Shown: positions 39,867-50,655 of the stretch, in pieces | Position numbering within the stretch: the first letter of the stretch is position 1 | How the letters are laid out: each line of letters opens with the position of its first letter | Source of the DNA: an uncultured Bacteroidota bacterium | GTDB taxonomy: Bacteria > Bacteroidota > Bacteroidia > Chitinophagales > Chitinophagaceae | Length of the DNA: 64,000 bases | Direction: 5' to 3' | Assembly: GCA_903926855.1 (NCBI GenBank) | Contig: CAIYKV010000044.1 | Location: 8,567 to 72,566 of the forward strand | Notes under the pieces: model-generated | What the model was told of the DNA's origin: nothing | Seen by the model: only the letters and a program-made list of their open reading frames with translations | Database searches by the model: none | Position numbers and translations under genes: made by a program

Positions 39867-42800
39867 CTAACTACATCCCATACTATTCCCACAATTCAAA
39901 CATTTATAACAGGTACCACTTCGAATCGTAATATGTCCGCATGTGTTACAGGCAGGCGCATCACTTTGCATATTCTTAGCGGCTGCATTCACAGCATCCA
40001 TTCCTGATTCTACTCTATTGGTAGCAGTTGCTCTCTGTAATTTTTGTGGATGGGGAGCCGGAATTGTATTGGCAGAAGGCGCTGTAACACGCATACTGCT
40101 CAGCTCAGGCTTTCCCAAAAAACTGGCTTCTCCCTCATCTTCCCCCGTATTGCCAATAGTGGGTTTATCCAATACATGCACCAAATCCGTTCTTCCCAAA
40201 TATTCAAATGCCAGCGCACGGAATACAAAATCTACCAAAGAAGTAGTGGTTTTGATATTCGGATGATCTACCATCCCTGAAGGTTCAAATTTGGTAAACA
40301 CAAATTTCTCTACAAACTCTTCCAGCGGCACACCATACTGCAGACCTACTGAAATGGCAATGGCAAAACAGTTCATGAAACTGCGAAGTGTTGAACCTTC
40401 TTTAGCCAGATCAATAAAAATTTCACCCAGGGTACCATCTCCATATTCACCGGTACGAAGGAAAATTACCTGTCCGCCAATTTTGGCCTTCTGTGTAAAT
40501 CCTCTGCGTTTGGCCGGCAATGATTTTTTCTCAACAATACCTGATAAAGCACGTTTCAGCTGAGTATCGGTTGAAGCATGCATTCTTTTCTGCACTTCCT
40601 CCAATAATTCATCCACGGTCAGCTTACTCAGGTCAACTATATTGGAAACGATTTCTGCGGTTTCTGTTTCAGTAGTTTCAGCCAATGACTCGTCTGTTTT
40701 CTTTTTCTTATCTGACTTATTACTTAAAGGTTGGCTTAGTTTAGAACCATCACGGTATAATGCATTTGCTTTCAATCCTAATTTCCAGCTTAATAAATAA
40801 CAATCAGCAATTTCTTCAACCGTTGCTTCATGCGGCAGGTTAATGGTTTTTGATATGGCACCACTTAAGAAAGGCTGACAGGCTGCCATCATACGGATAT
40901 GTCCGTAAGCATGAATATATCTTTCCCCTTTTTTACCGCATTTATTGGCACAATCAAATACGGGCAGGTGTTCTTCTTTGAGGTAAGGAGCTCCTTCAAT
41001 GGTCATGGTACCGCATACATAATCATTGGCCGCATCAATCTGTTCTTCTGTAAAGCCCAATGCTTCCAGCAGGTTAAAGCTCCAGTCGCTATACTCTTCT
41101 TCTTTGAATCCTAAACGCTCCATACACTCATCTCCCAAAGTAAACCGGTTAAAAATAAATCCGATTTCAAAAGCAGATCTGGCAGCACCATTTAATTTTT
41201 CAATCTCAGCGGTAGTAAATCCTTTTTCAGCCAGTGTTTTTACATTGATAAAAGGAGCATTGTCAAAACTGGCAGCACCTACTGCATATTTTTCAATGGC
41301 TTCTGCTTCAACTGCATTATATCCCAGGTTACGCAATGCCTGAGGAACAGATTGGTTAATGATTTTGAAATACCCACCGCCGCTTAATTTTTTAAATTTC
41401 ACCAAAGCAAAATCCGGCTCAACCCCTGTTGTATCGCAATCCATTACCAGGCCGATTGTACCTGTTGGGGCGATTACAGTGGTTTGTGCATTGCGGTAAC
41501 CATTCTTTTCTCCTAACTGAACAGCTTCATCCCAGGCGCGGGTAGCGGCTTTTAAAATATAATCAGGACAATACTGAGCTTTGATACCCTGTGGTTTGAT
41601 TTCAATTCCAACATACGCTTCTTCTGCATCGTATGCAGCTGCGCGGTGGTTACGCATTACACGAAGCATATCTTCTTTGTTCTCTTCGTATTTATCAAAT
41701 GCACCTAAGAAACCGGCCATTTCAGCGGAAGTCTTATACGCAACACCCGTCATGATTGCAGAAATAGCGCCTGCAATACCACGGGCTTCTTCACTGTCAT
41801 AAGGGATACCGCTCACCATCAGCATAGAACCCAGGTTAGCAAAACCCAAACCTAATGTTCTGTAATCATAAGATAACTGGGCCACTTCCTTAGAAGGAAA
41901 CTGTGCCATCAAAACTGATATCTCCAGCACGGTGGTCCACAAGCGTGTAGTATATTCAAAACCTTCTACATCAAATACATTATTTTCTTCTGTATGAAAT
42001 TTACGCAGGTTAATAGAAGCCAGGTTACAGGCAGTATTATCCAGGAACATGTATTCTGAACATGGATTGGATGCATTGATACGACCTCCTTTGGGGCAGG
42101 TATGCCATTCATTGATGGTTGTATCGTATTGGGTACCTGGATCAGCACAGCGCCAGGCAGCATAGGAAATTTTCTCCCATACTTCTTTGGCGGGAATCCT
42201 GCTCATCACCCTTCCATCAGTTCTGGCTTTCAGTTCCCATTCGCCATCTTCTTCCAATGCTTTAAAAAAGGAATTGGGAATACGTACTGAGTTATTGGAG
42301 TTTTGTCCGGAAACCGTTGCATAGGCTTCTCCTTCATAACTATTATCATACCCGGCAGCAACCAGGGCCGCAACTTTTTTCTCTTCGCCTACTTTCCAGT
42401 TAATAAACTCCATTACTTCAGGATGGTCGAGATCCAGACAAACCATTTTAGCTGCCCTTCTAGTAGTGCCACCACTTTTGATAGCACCTGCCGCACGATC
42501 TCCTATTTTCAGGAAACTCATTAAACCGCTGGAAGTTCCACCACCACTTAATTTTTCTCCACCACCACGTATCTGAGAAAAATTGGTACCTACCCCTGAA
42601 CCATATTTGAAAATTCTCGCTTCACGAGTCCATAAGTCCATGATTCCGCCTTCATTCACCAAATCATCACTAACGCTTAAAATAAAACAAGCATGCGGCT
42701 GAGGACGCTCATACGCATTGGTTGATTTTTTTAGTTTGCTGTCTTTCGGATCAACATAGTAATGTCCCTGTGGCTTACCGGTAATACCATAGCTTTCGTG

Positions 42801-43226
42801 TAAGCCGGTGTTAAACCATTGAGGAGAGTTAGGTACACATGCCTGATTGATGATACTGTATACTAATTCATCATAAAATATATTGGCATCTGTTTCAGTA
42901 GCAAAATAATTATATCGCTCACCCCATACACGCCAGCAATTGGCCATACGATGGGCAACCTGCTTAACACTGGTTTCACGACCAAGTGAACCATCTGCCT
43001 GAGGTACACCTGCTTTGCGAAAATATTTCTGTGCAAGAATATCTGTTGCAATCTGACTCCATTGTTTCGGGACCTCAACATTATTCATCTCAAACACTTT
43101 CTCACCGTTCGGATTTTTGATTACGCTATCACGGTAATCGTATTCGAACATGTCAAACGGACTGACACCTTCCTTAGTAAATCGACGGCTGAATTGCAAG
43201 CCTTTATTTGAGCGAGGGGTAGCCAT
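39867..43226 (-). CDS. nrdJ: Adenosylcobalamin-dependent (class II) ribonucleotide reductase
   Basis: NPCSEYMFLDNTACNLASINL active-site block, a long RNR barrel, and a C-terminal Cys-rich tail CNTCGHITIRSGTCYKCLNCGNSMGCS typical of class II enzymes. Confidence 0.93.
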   Translation of the reverse strand: MATPRSNKGLQFSRRFTKEGVSPFDMFEYDYRDSVIKNPNGEKVFEMNNVEVPKQWSQIATDILAQKYFRKAGVPQADGSLGRETSVKQVAHRMANCWRVWGERYNYFATETDANIFYDELVYSIINQACVPNSPQWFNTGLHESYGITGKPQGHYYVDPKDSKLKKSTNAYERPQPHACFILSVSDDLVNEGGIMDLWTREARIFKYGSGVGTNFSQIRGGGEKLSGGGTSSGLMSFLKIGDRAAGAIKSGGTTRRAAKMVCLDLDHPEVMEFINWKVGEEKKVAALVAAGYDNSYEGEAYATVSGQNSNNSVRIPNSFFKALEEDGEWELKARTDGRVMSRIPAKEVWEKISYAAWRCADPGTQYDTTINEWHTCPKGGRINASNPCSEYMFLDNTACNLASINLRKFHTEENNVFDVEGFEYTTRLWTTVLEISVLMAQFPSKEVAQLSYDYRTLGLGFANLGSMLMVSGIPYDSEEARGIAGAISAIMTGVAYKTSAEMAGFLGAFDKYEENKEDMLRVMRNHRAAAYDAEEAYVGIEIKPQGIKAQYCPDYILKAATRAWDEAVQLGEKNGYRNAQTTVIAPTGTIGLVMDCDTTGVEPDFALVKFKKLSGGGYFKIINQSVPQALRNLGYNAVEAEAIEKYAVGAASFDNAPFINVKTLAEKGFTTAEIEKLNGAARSAFEIGFIFNRFTLGDECMERLGFKEEEYSDWSFNLLEALGFTEEQIDAANDYVCGTMTIEGAPYLKEEHLPVFDCANKCGKKGERYIHAYGHIRMMAACQPFLSGAISKTINLPHEATVEEIADCYLLSWKLGLKANALYRDGSKLSQPLSNKSDKKKKTDESLAETTETETAEIVSNIVDLSKLTVDELLEEVQKRMHASTDTQLKRALSGIVEKKSLPAKRRGFTQKAKIGGQVIFLRTGEYGDGTLGEIFIDLAKEGSTLRSFMNCFAIAISVGLQYGVPLEEFVEKFVFTKFEPSGMVDHPNIKTTTSLVDFVFRALAFEYLGRTDLVHVLDKPTIGNTGEDEGEASFLGKPELSSMRVTAPSANTIPAPHPQKLQRATATNRVESGMDAVNAAAKNMQSDAPACNTCGHITIRSGTCYKCLNCGNSMGCS

Positions 43227-43610
43227 AATGCGGGTACTTTTTAAGCAGTTATTTTAATGGGGCCCGTTTAACAAATAGGTAAGCGGTTGACGAAAATATC
43301 TTTCCATTCTCAAAATTCAAGGCTGGAAATATCAACAAACTGTGGATAAGGATTGGGGATTGTTTGTGACCTCAAACCACCATTGATTTTGCGGGAATGT
43401 TAACAGGTGTAGAAAAGAATTTTTGACAAAAAAAATTGAAAAATCAGTTATTTTTCGTAAAACAGGGATGAATTGGCCTGGGCAGATATTCCTGCCTGTT
43501 CACATAGTAAATTAAACCCTTATCTTTCAGCAGATTATGAATTCAAAGGCGGATTCCGTCTTTTAACGAAAACTTTTTTGCATTTTTGCAGGAGCACTTA
43601 TCCATTACCA

Positions 43611-44366
43611 ATGAAGCAGGCCTTGTATCAATCATTTATCGAGAAGAAGAAAGCAGGCCAAAAGTCTTTTGCCGTGTTGATAGACCCCGATAAAGTAGAT
43701 GCGGAAAAAATAGACCAGTTGGTTACACTGGCATCTGATTCAGGGGTTGATTATTTTTTTGTAGGTGGCAGCCTGGTTATTTCCAGTCACCTTGATGAAT
43801 GCATTCGCCAGATCAAAACTTCCTGTTCCATTCCGGTATTATTATTTCCGGGCTCTCCTTCTCAGATTAGTAAGTACGCAGATGCACTATTATATCTTTC
43901 CCTGATATCTGGCCGTAACCCCGAATTACTGATTGGTCAACATGTAATCAGTGCTCCTTTTGTAAAAAAGAGTGGGTTAGAAATCATTCCTACCGGTTAT
44001 ATGGTGGTTGATGGCGGGGCCCCTACTACAGTATCCTATATTTCGAATGCAACGCCCATTCCTGCCGATAAAAACGATATTGCCATGTGTACCGCCATGG
44101 CGGGCGAGATGCTGGGAATGAAGCTGATTTATATGGATGCGGGCAGTGGTGCCAAAAAAGCCATTTCTGAACAGATGATCGAAAAAGTAGCCAAACATAT
44201 CGATATACCCCTAATTATAGGGGGCGGGATTACTGAACCCGAAAAAGCATACAGAAACTGCAAGGCAGGTGCCGACCTGATTGTGGTTGGCAATGCAATT
44301 GAAAAAGACCCGCATCTTATTAAAGAGATCAGTAACGCAATACATAGTGTTGCGGTGAATGTTTAG
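43611..44366 (+). CDS. Geranylgeranylglyceryl-phosphate synthase family (PcrB/GGGPS-like) prenyltransferase
   Basis: 251-aa TIM-barrel protein with F.VLIDPDK, DYFFVGGS, LFPG, YMDAGSGA and IGGGI blocks. The upstream 46 codons of the track ORF are judged non-coding. Confidence 0.8.
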   Translation: MKQALYQSFIEKKKAGQKSFAVLIDPDKVDAEKIDQLVTLASDSGVDYFFVGGSLVISSHLDECIRQIKTSCSIPVLLFPGSPSQISKYADALLYLSLISGRNPELLIGQHVISAPFVKKSGLEIIPTGYMVVDGGAPTTVSYISNATPIPADKNDIAMCTAMAGEMLGMKLIYMDAGSGAKKAISEQMIEKVAKHIDIPLIIGGGITEPEKAYRNCKAGADLIVVGNAIEKDPHLIKEISNAIHSVAVNV

Positions 44367-44424
44367 CGGAAGGTTACTGGTTATGGGTTGTAACCCAACT
44401 TGGAAATTCCTTTACCATTTAATT

Positions 44425-45717
44425 TTATTGGAGACTACTTGTATCAACCCTTGATGGCGTTTCTTTTCCACTGATAATTCCTTTGGAACTTAAGGCTATG
44501 GCTTTGATGATCATGGCCATATTATTCATGTCAAGCGTACCAATTTCATCGCTTACTTTATGATAATTGGGTTCACTATCCATTTTAGAAGTGGAAATGG
44601 TATGTGCAGGAACGCCCAGTCGGGCTAATGTTGCATTATCAGACCGGTAAAAAAGATTCTGGGTTGTATAAGGGTCAGGATAAAATGTAAACCCTGTTCC
44701 GCTAAGATTGCCCTGCAAAATTTTTCCCATATCTGTTTTCTCATAGCCGGTTATATAAGCTGAATTGGTGCCCCATTTGCTTTCTGTGCCAATCATTTCA
44801 ATATTGAACATGGCTTTCACCTCTTCGGGATTAAACTGCCTGCTAAAATACTGCGAACCAAATCCACCAATCTCTTCTGCTGTAAAAGCAACAAATATCA
44901 GCGTACGCTCATTGTTATTCAATTTTTTGAAATACTGTGCCAGCATCATCACAGCGGTGGTACCCGCAGCATCGTCATTTGCACCGTTATAAATAGAATC
45001 AGTATTGACTCCTGGTTTTGGGTTGATACCCAGGTGATCATAATGCCCGGAGAAGATGACATATTCGTTCTTCAGACTTTTACCCGGAAGAATGCCCAAT
45101 ACATTTGCAAGTTTTTGCTCTGTAATTTCATGCTTAGCTTCTATAGAAAAAGTTTTGGGCACTTCGGAGGATAGCACAAACACAATACTTTTATCTGATT
45201 TGAATAATCTTGATTTCAATTGTATCAATGCATTGAATCGGTCTCCTGCAAAACTTGTATCAACCAACACCAGGTAATTCTTGTTAGCAGCAACCAATTT
45301 TCTTGGCTCCCTGCGCAGGTCAGCCCCCTTTGCCATGGTGATGATTTCAAAGCCCGATTTTTCTGTGATGGCTATATCCGGTTGTGTGGTTACTACGATT
45401 ACATTTTTGGTATCGATAGCCACTCCGTTAAAACTGCAGCTGGCACTAATAAACTTGGCCCTGGCCATTGAAAATGGTTGTAAATAACTCCCACTGTTAT
45501 TCCAGGTTTGTAATCCTGCTTTTTTAAACTCTTCCGCAATAAAGGCAGCTGCTCTGTCTATGGCAGGGGTAAAGGTCCGTCTTCCTTCCATATCATCGGC
45601 TGATAATACTTTTTCAATTCTTTCCACTTCCTTAGCGGTAATCAGTTTTTCGGCAGATTGCGCAAATGAAACGATGGTGATGACCATGCAGAAAAGTAAA
45701 CCAACTAATTTTTTCAT
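44425..45717 (-). CDS. M28-family exported aminopeptidase
   Basis: Signal peptide, plus the SGHYDHLG, GANDDAAGT and FTAEEIGGFGS metal-ligand blocks. Confidence 0.85.
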   Translation of the reverse strand: MKKLVGLLFCMVITIVSFAQSAEKLITAKEVERIEKVLSADDMEGRRTFTPAIDRAAAFIAEEFKKAGLQTWNNSGSYLQPFSMARAKFISASCSFNGVAIDTKNVIVVTTQPDIAITEKSGFEIITMAKGADLRREPRKLVAANKNYLVLVDTSFAGDRFNALIQLKSRLFKSDKSIVFVLSSEVPKTFSIEAKHEITEQKLANVLGILPGKSLKNEYVIFSGHYDHLGINPKPGVNTDSIYNGANDDAAGTTAVMMLAQYFKKLNNNERTLIFVAFTAEEIGGFGSQYFSRQFNPEEVKAMFNIEMIGTESKWGTNSAYITGYEKTDMGKILQGNLSGTGFTFYPDPYTTQNLFYRSDNATLARLGVPAHTISTSKMDSEPNYHKVSDEIGTLDMNNMAMIIKAIALSSKGIISGKETPSRVDTSSLQ

Positions 45718-45786
45718 ACTTTAATTTTGAATCGTTTGAGCAAAAAATCCGAAGATTACAGAGGTATTTGTAATAAAGAGAAAGTG

Positions 45787-45823
45787 TGATTCTTGTGCGC
45801 TATGACTGTTCGCACAAGAATCA
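45787..45823 (-). terminator. Hairpin downstream of the LytTR regulator gene
   Basis: 13-bp perfect stem tgattcttgtgcg / cgcacaagaatca with an 11-nt loop, 6 nt after the stop at 45829. Confidence 0.55.
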
Positions 45824-45828
45824 TTAAT

Positions 45829-46560
45829 TTATAAACTCATCATTTCTTTGAACTTAACCGTTTGCCTGCGACTCACTTCAATTTTCTCTCCTCCTTTCAG
45901 GTCAACCAGCAGTCCGCCGTTAAAATAAGGTTCTATTTTTTCTATCCAACGTAAGTTGATAATATGTTTTCTATTGGCGCGGAAGAACATTCTTTCATCC
46001 AGTCTTTCTTCCAATGCATTCAGCGATTTCAGGATCAGGGGTTTGTGGGTTCCAAAGAATACTTTGGCATAATTACCCACGCTTTCAAATAACCGGATTT
46101 CTCCTAATTTAACGAACCAGCAGCGTTCTCCGTCTTTTACAAATACCTGGTCATATTCCGTTAACGGCCCACGGTTAACGCCATTGATTCCGATATTTTC
46201 TTTGAAGATCTCTGCCTGTAATTTCTGAATGGCATCCGACAATCTTTTGGGTTCAATCGGTTTTAATAAATAATCAAGCGCATTTACTTCAAATGCCTTG
46301 ATTGCATATTCATCATATGCGGTGGTAAAAATAACTTTAGGTGCTTTTTCAACTTCTGCCAATAAATCAAACCCTGTTTTACCCGGCATTTGTATATCCA
46401 GAAAAATCAGGTCTGGGTTTAAGGTCTCTATCTTCTCAATACCATCATCCACATTGGCAGCCTCTTCAATTACTTCTATGTCCGAATGATCCTGCAGCAA
46501 TTTTTTCAATTCATTGCGGGCAAGTCTTTCGTCGTCAATAATAATCGCTTTAATCGCCAT
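45829..46560 (-). CDS. LytTR-family two-component response regulator
   Basis: Receiver domain (IIDDE.., LIFLDIQMPG.TG, K) and a C-terminal LytTR DNA-binding domain. Confidence 0.9.
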   Translation of the reverse strand: MAIKAIIIDDERLARNELKKLLQDHSDIEVIEEAANVDDGIEKIETLNPDLIFLDIQMPGKTGFDLLAEVEKAPKVIFTTAYDEYAIKAFEVNALDYLLKPIEPKRLSDAIQKLQAEIFKENIGINGVNRGPLTEYDQVFVKDGERCWFVKLGEIRLFESVGNYAKVFFGTHKPLILKSLNALEERLDERMFFRANRKHIINLRWIEKIEPYFNGGLLVDLKGGEKIEVSRRQTVKFKEMMSL

Positions 46561-46582
46561 ATATCGAAATTTAAAAAAAAGT

Positions 46583-47644
46583 TTACAGATTAATTCCAGC
46601 TTGTACGGGCATTTTTACAATGGCTTCTACTATATGATCTTCCGTATCCCGGATATCAAATGTAGCTTTTCCGCCGAATAATAGCTTTAGTCTGTTTCGG
46701 GTACTATTAATTCCAAAGCCATCGGTGTTATTTTGCGATTCCCCGTTTAGCTGCCCCGTGTTTTGAACAATCAATTCATGGTGATTATCCCGGTAATTAG
46801 AAATCACTTTTACCAGCCCGCCGTTTTTTTGTTTACTGATCCCATGCTTAATTGCGTTCTCCACCAGTGTCTGTAACATCATGGGCGGCACAGGCTGGTC
46901 AAGGGTATCCTCATCTATATCATATTCTATCCGTAACCTGTCTTCAAAGCGAATATATTCCAATGCCAGGTAATCTTTTACAATATTCAGTTCTCTTTCC
47001 AATGGAACGGTTTCCAGCTTTTCTGCCTGCATACTGCTTCTTAATATATTACTCAATTCTGTAATGGCTGTTCTGGCTCTTTCCGGATTTTCATCCACCA
47101 GGGCGCGTATACTATTCAGGGCATTAAATATAAAATGCGGATTGATATGCGATTTGATGGTTTTCAGTTCCAGTTCTTTAACCAGACTTTCTAACCTTAC
47201 TTTCTGGATCTCGGTTTTAGAACCCAGTTCCACATAATGCCAGATATAATAGATAGAAACCCAAATTAAAATGAGCGGTGAATCGAAAATCAGGTTAACC
47301 AAAAATCGTTCTCTGATTGGGGATTTATTGCTGGGGTTATAGAGTTTTAATAACTCAACAAAAGCACTATTGGATAAGTTGAATAATAAAATAATTAGTA
47401 ATATGATACAGGTAAATATCCACCATTTTTTTTCTTCAAATGGGGGACGGAGTTTAGACCATACAATCAGTTCGCGGAGTAAATGCGTAAACCCAAGTCC
47501 GCAAAAAATAGTGATCGCTATTCTGGGATACAGAATATGGTTGGTCTTGTTATCAAAAATATAGGCAAAGAATACCATGGCCAGGCCATAGAATAACCAG
47601 CCACCGAGCTGACAAGACCAATATAATGAAGATTTACTTCTCAT
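46583..47644 (-). CDS. LytS/YehU-type sensor histidine kinase
   Basis: Six TM spans, the INPHFIFNALNSI H-box and the VENAIKHG N-box. Start is taken at MRSKSS. 22 nt upstream of the regulator gene. Confidence 0.85.
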   Translation of the reverse strand: MRSKSSLYWSCQLGGWLFYGLAMVFFAYIFDNKTNHILYPRIAITIFCGLGFTHLLRELIVWSKLRPPFEEKKWWIFTCIILLIILLFNLSNSAFVELLKLYNPSNKSPIRERFLVNLIFDSPLILIWVSIYYIWHYVELGSKTEIQKVRLESLVKELELKTIKSHINPHFIFNALNSIRALVDENPERARTAITELSNILRSSMQAEKLETVPLERELNIVKDYLALEYIRFEDRLRIEYDIDEDTLDQPVPPMMLQTLVENAIKHGISKQKNGGLVKVISNYRDNHHELIVQNTGQLNGESQNNTDGFGINSTRNRLKLLFGGKATFDIRDTEDHIVEAIVKMPVQAGINL

Positions 47645-47833
47645 GTCTGACAAATATAAAATGAAACGCCTCCATCTCACTGCGGTTTTTTGATTAATGG
47701 CAAAATCGGCCTCTGTTTGGCAAAAAATACCCTTTTCAATCGACGAACTATCTGCATTTTCATCTGTATTAATAGCTGAAAACCTTAAGGCTTACACCGA
47801 ATTACGTATTTTTACATGATTAAACCCGTTTGA

Positions 47834-49768
47834 ATGCAGATTACAGCCGGCGCTTTGTTGCAATCCATCAACTCTCCCGAAGACCTGAAAAAACTCAATC
47901 GTGAACAGTTACACCAGGTTTGTGACGAGTTACGACAGTTTATTGTTGACGTAGTAAGCGTTCATGGTGGTCATTTTGCGGCCAGTTTAGGGGTTGTTGA
48001 GCTCAGTGTAGCCCTGCATTACATTTATAACACGCCTTATGATCAATTGGTTTGGGATGTGGGTCACCAGGCATACGGACACAAAATATTAACCGGGCGG
48101 AGGGATCAATTTGTTACCAACCGTAAATACAAAGGGTTAAGTGGTTTCCCGAAAAGAACCGAAAGTGAGTATGATACTTTTGGGGTTGGACATTCTTCTA
48201 CGTCTATTTCTGCTGCATTGGGTATGGCCATGGCCGCCAAATACAAAGGAGAGAACAGAAAATCTGTAGCTGTAATTGGTGATGGGTCTATGACTGCCGG
48301 TATGGCTTTTGAAGCCATGAATCATGCCGGTGTTGCGGATAGCGATGTACTGATTATTTTAAATGATAATTGTATGAGCATCGACCCTAATGTTGGGGCA
48401 TTGAAAGAATATTTAACGGATATCAGCACTTCTCCTGCCTATAATAAAGTAAGAGATGAAGTTTGGAATCTGATGGGCAAATTGCCGGTGGGTAAACGTT
48501 TTACCAAAGGAATGGCCAGCAAACTGGAAGCCGGCTTAAAAGGTATGGTAAGCAATAGCAGTAACCTGTTTGAATCTTTGAAACTGCGCTATTTTGGACC
48601 TATTGACGGACATAATATCACCAAACTGGTAGATACCCTCAAAGACCTTAAAGAAATACCCGGCCCCAAACTATTGCATATCATTACTGTAAAGGGAAAG
48701 GGGTATTCTCTTGCAGAACAGGACCAGACCAAATGGCATGCACCGGGATTGTTTGATAAAGTAACCGGAGAAATTTATAAGAAAAAAGCCGATACCCCGC
48801 AACCTCCCAAATACCAGGATGTTTTTGGACATACCATTATTGAACTGGCAGAAAAAAATAAGCATATCATGGGTGTAACGCCGGCAATGCCCAGCGGATC
48901 ATCTCTGAAATTTATGATGGAAAAAATGCCAGACCGGGCTTTTGATGTGGGAATTTGCGAACAGCATGCGGTAACCCTAAGTGCTGGACTGGCCACGCAG
49001 GGAATGCGGGTTTTCTGCAATATTTATTCCTCTTTCATACAAAGAGGCTATGATCAGGTGGTACATGATGTAGCGATACAAAAATTACCGGTTATCTTTT
49101 GTTTAGACAGGGCCGGACTGGTAGGAGAAGACGGACCAACGCACCATGGCTGTTATGATATTCCTTTTCTTCGTTGTATTCCAAATATGGTGATCAGTGC
49201 CCCTATGAATGAACAGGAACTTCGTAACCTGATGTATACTGCCCAGTTACCTGCTAACGAATCACCTTTTGTGATTCGTTATCCCAGAGGTGAAGGTGTA
49301 ATGCCGGAATGGAGAACAGCTTTTGAAGAAATTACCATAGGGAAGGGAAGAAAATTAAAAGATGGAGAAGAAGTGGCCATACTTAGTTTGGGCCATCCAG
49401 GAAATTATGCACAGGCTGCCATACGCGAATTAAGAAGCCAGGGATTAAATCCTGCACACTATGATATGCGTTTTGTGAAACCCATAGATGAAACCCTGTT
49501 ACATGAAGTGTTTAGCAAGTACAATAAGATAGTAACGGTTGAAGACGGTGCTATTGTGGGTGGATTTGGTTCCGCAGTTCTTGAATTTATGAATCAGCAT
49601 CAGTATCATGCACAGGTTACACTATTAGGTATTCCTGACCGATTGGTTGAACATGGTACACCCAAAGAATTACACAGGGAATGTGCCTATGATGCCCAAG
49701 GTATTGCCGATGCTGTAAGAGAATTACTAAAAGATAAGATACAAGTGCATCAAACAATTGCCGGTTAA
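47834..49768 (+). CDS. dxs: 1-deoxy-D-xylulose-5-phosphate synthase
   Basis: GGHF..SLG, the VIGDGSMTAGMAFEAMN ThDP motif, and DRAGLVGEDGPTHHG. Confidence 0.97.
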   Translation: MQITAGALLQSINSPEDLKKLNREQLHQVCDELRQFIVDVVSVHGGHFAASLGVVELSVALHYIYNTPYDQLVWDVGHQAYGHKILTGRRDQFVTNRKYKGLSGFPKRTESEYDTFGVGHSSTSISAALGMAMAAKYKGENRKSVAVIGDGSMTAGMAFEAMNHAGVADSDVLIILNDNCMSIDPNVGALKEYLTDISTSPAYNKVRDEVWNLMGKLPVGKRFTKGMASKLEAGLKGMVSNSSNLFESLKLRYFGPIDGHNITKLVDTLKDLKEIPGPKLLHIITVKGKGYSLAEQDQTKWHAPGLFDKVTGEIYKKKADTPQPPKYQDVFGHTIIELAEKNKHIMGVTPAMPSGSSLKFMMEKMPDRAFDVGICEQHAVTLSAGLATQGMRVFCNIYSSFIQRGYDQVVHDVAIQKLPVIFCLDRAGLVGEDGPTHHGCYDIPFLRCIPNMVISAPMNEQELRNLMYTAQLPANESPFVIRYPRGEGVMPEWRTAFEEITIGKGRKLKDGEEVAILSLGHPGNYAQAAIRELRSQGLNPAHYDMRFVKPIDETLLHEVFSKYNKIVTVEDGAIVGGFGSAVLEFMNQHQYHAQVTLLGIPDRLVEHGTPKELHRECAYDAQGIADAVRELLKDKIQVHQTIAG

Positions 49769-49777
49769 TACCCGTTC

Positions 49778-49829
49778 ATCAGATAAAAAAGTGCTGGTAT
49801 GAATCATACCAGCACTTTTTTTATCTGAT
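49778..49829. terminator. Strong bidirectional terminator between dxs and scpA
   Basis: 23/24-nt arms atcagataaaaaagtgctggtat / ataccagcactttttttatctgat, with A/T runs on both sides. Confidence 0.8.
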
Positions 49830-49833
49830 CATT

Positions 49834-50655
49834 TTATACTTCCGGATCAGGAAAACTTTCTTCGATTAAATCTTTATCTGTCAAACCTTCTGCTTCAAGA
49901 TCTTCTTCTCTGTGTTCATTCCATTCAACAATAAAATTATTCATCCCCTGTCCTACCATCAACTTCATAAATTTTTGCTGAGACAATTCGAGGATAGATA
50001 AGAAAAGGAATAGTGCATGGATTCTGTCATGACAAATTTCAAATACTTTCTCAAACGATACTGTTTTCTCTTTTTCCACAAAGCCCAGCATATAATCACG
50101 GCTGCCTTCCATGGTATAGTTATACCTGACAACAGTATGCACGGGTTTGTTTTGTCGTTCCTGAACACGCAACATTACTTTTTCAAACGCTTTCATCAGT
50201 TTGAACATAGTAATGGTTTGTATTTCGGTGCCTTCTGATGCTTCTTCACCTAACTGGGCAATCTCCCTTTGCAGGTTTCCTCGTTTAATCATCAGCATCC
50301 GCTGTGCTTCCATTTCGGCCATTTGGACAGCGGCTTCTTTAAATCGCTTGTATTCGAGGATTTTGTCGATCAGCTCCTGGCGAGGGTCGATTTCATTTCC
50401 TGCTGCATCAATTTCTTTGCGTGGCAATAATAACCTGGCCTTGATGCGCATTAATGTAGATACAAAAAGAATAAACTCGCTACTCAGTTCAATATTGAGT
50501 TTCTCTCCCTGGTGAATAAAATCAAGAAAATCGTTAATGATACGGGTAATCGGAATATTATAAATATCCAGTTCATCCCTTTCAATAAAAAATAATAGTA
50601 GGTCAAAGGGGCCTTCAAACTGGTCTAACTTAATCTGGTAACTCACATTATTCAC
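49834..50655 (-). CDS. scpA: Segregation and condensation protein A
   Basis: L.QFEGPFDLLLFFIERDELDIY.IPI N-terminus and kleisin-like length and pattern. Confidence 0.88.
   Translation of the reverse strand: MNNVSYQIKLDQFEGPFDLLLFFIERDELDIYNIPITRIINDFLDFIHQGEKLNIELSSEFILFVSTLMRIKARLLLPRKEIDAAGNEIDPRQELIDKILEYKRFKEAAVQMAEMEAQRMLMIKRGNLQREIAQLGEEASEGTEIQTITMFKLMKAFEKVMLRVQERQNKPVHTVVRYNYTMEGSRDYMLGFVEKEKTVSFEKVFEICHDRIHALFLFLSILELSQQKFMKLMVGQGMNNFIVEWNEHREEDLEAEGLTDKDLIEESFPDPEV

Noticed and set aside
39867-43226. Intein or other insertion explaining the 1119-aa NrdJ (and the 1124-aa IleS).
   Set aside because: I saw no intein splice-junction blocks or homing-endonuclease motifs. The extra length comes from a K/E-rich linker and the known C-terminal Cys-rich tail (NrdJ), and from the type-2 architecture (IleS).
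43227-43470. Possible cobalamin riboswitch or NrdR boxes in the nrdJ 5' region.
   Set aside because: I could find no B12-box-like GCCACTG core (or its complement) and no paired NrdR-type palindromes by eye. A covariance-model scan would be needed to exclude this fully.
43473-43610. 46-codon N-terminal extension of the GGGPS-like ORF. The same issue applies to the extensions at 12071-12184, 2779-2835, 9181-9216, 17117-17167, 20990-21010 and 56810-56899.
   Set aside because: The extensions start at non-ATG or poorly placed codons, have non-protein-like composition, or overlap neighbouring genes. The family-typical N-terminus begins at the internal ATG.
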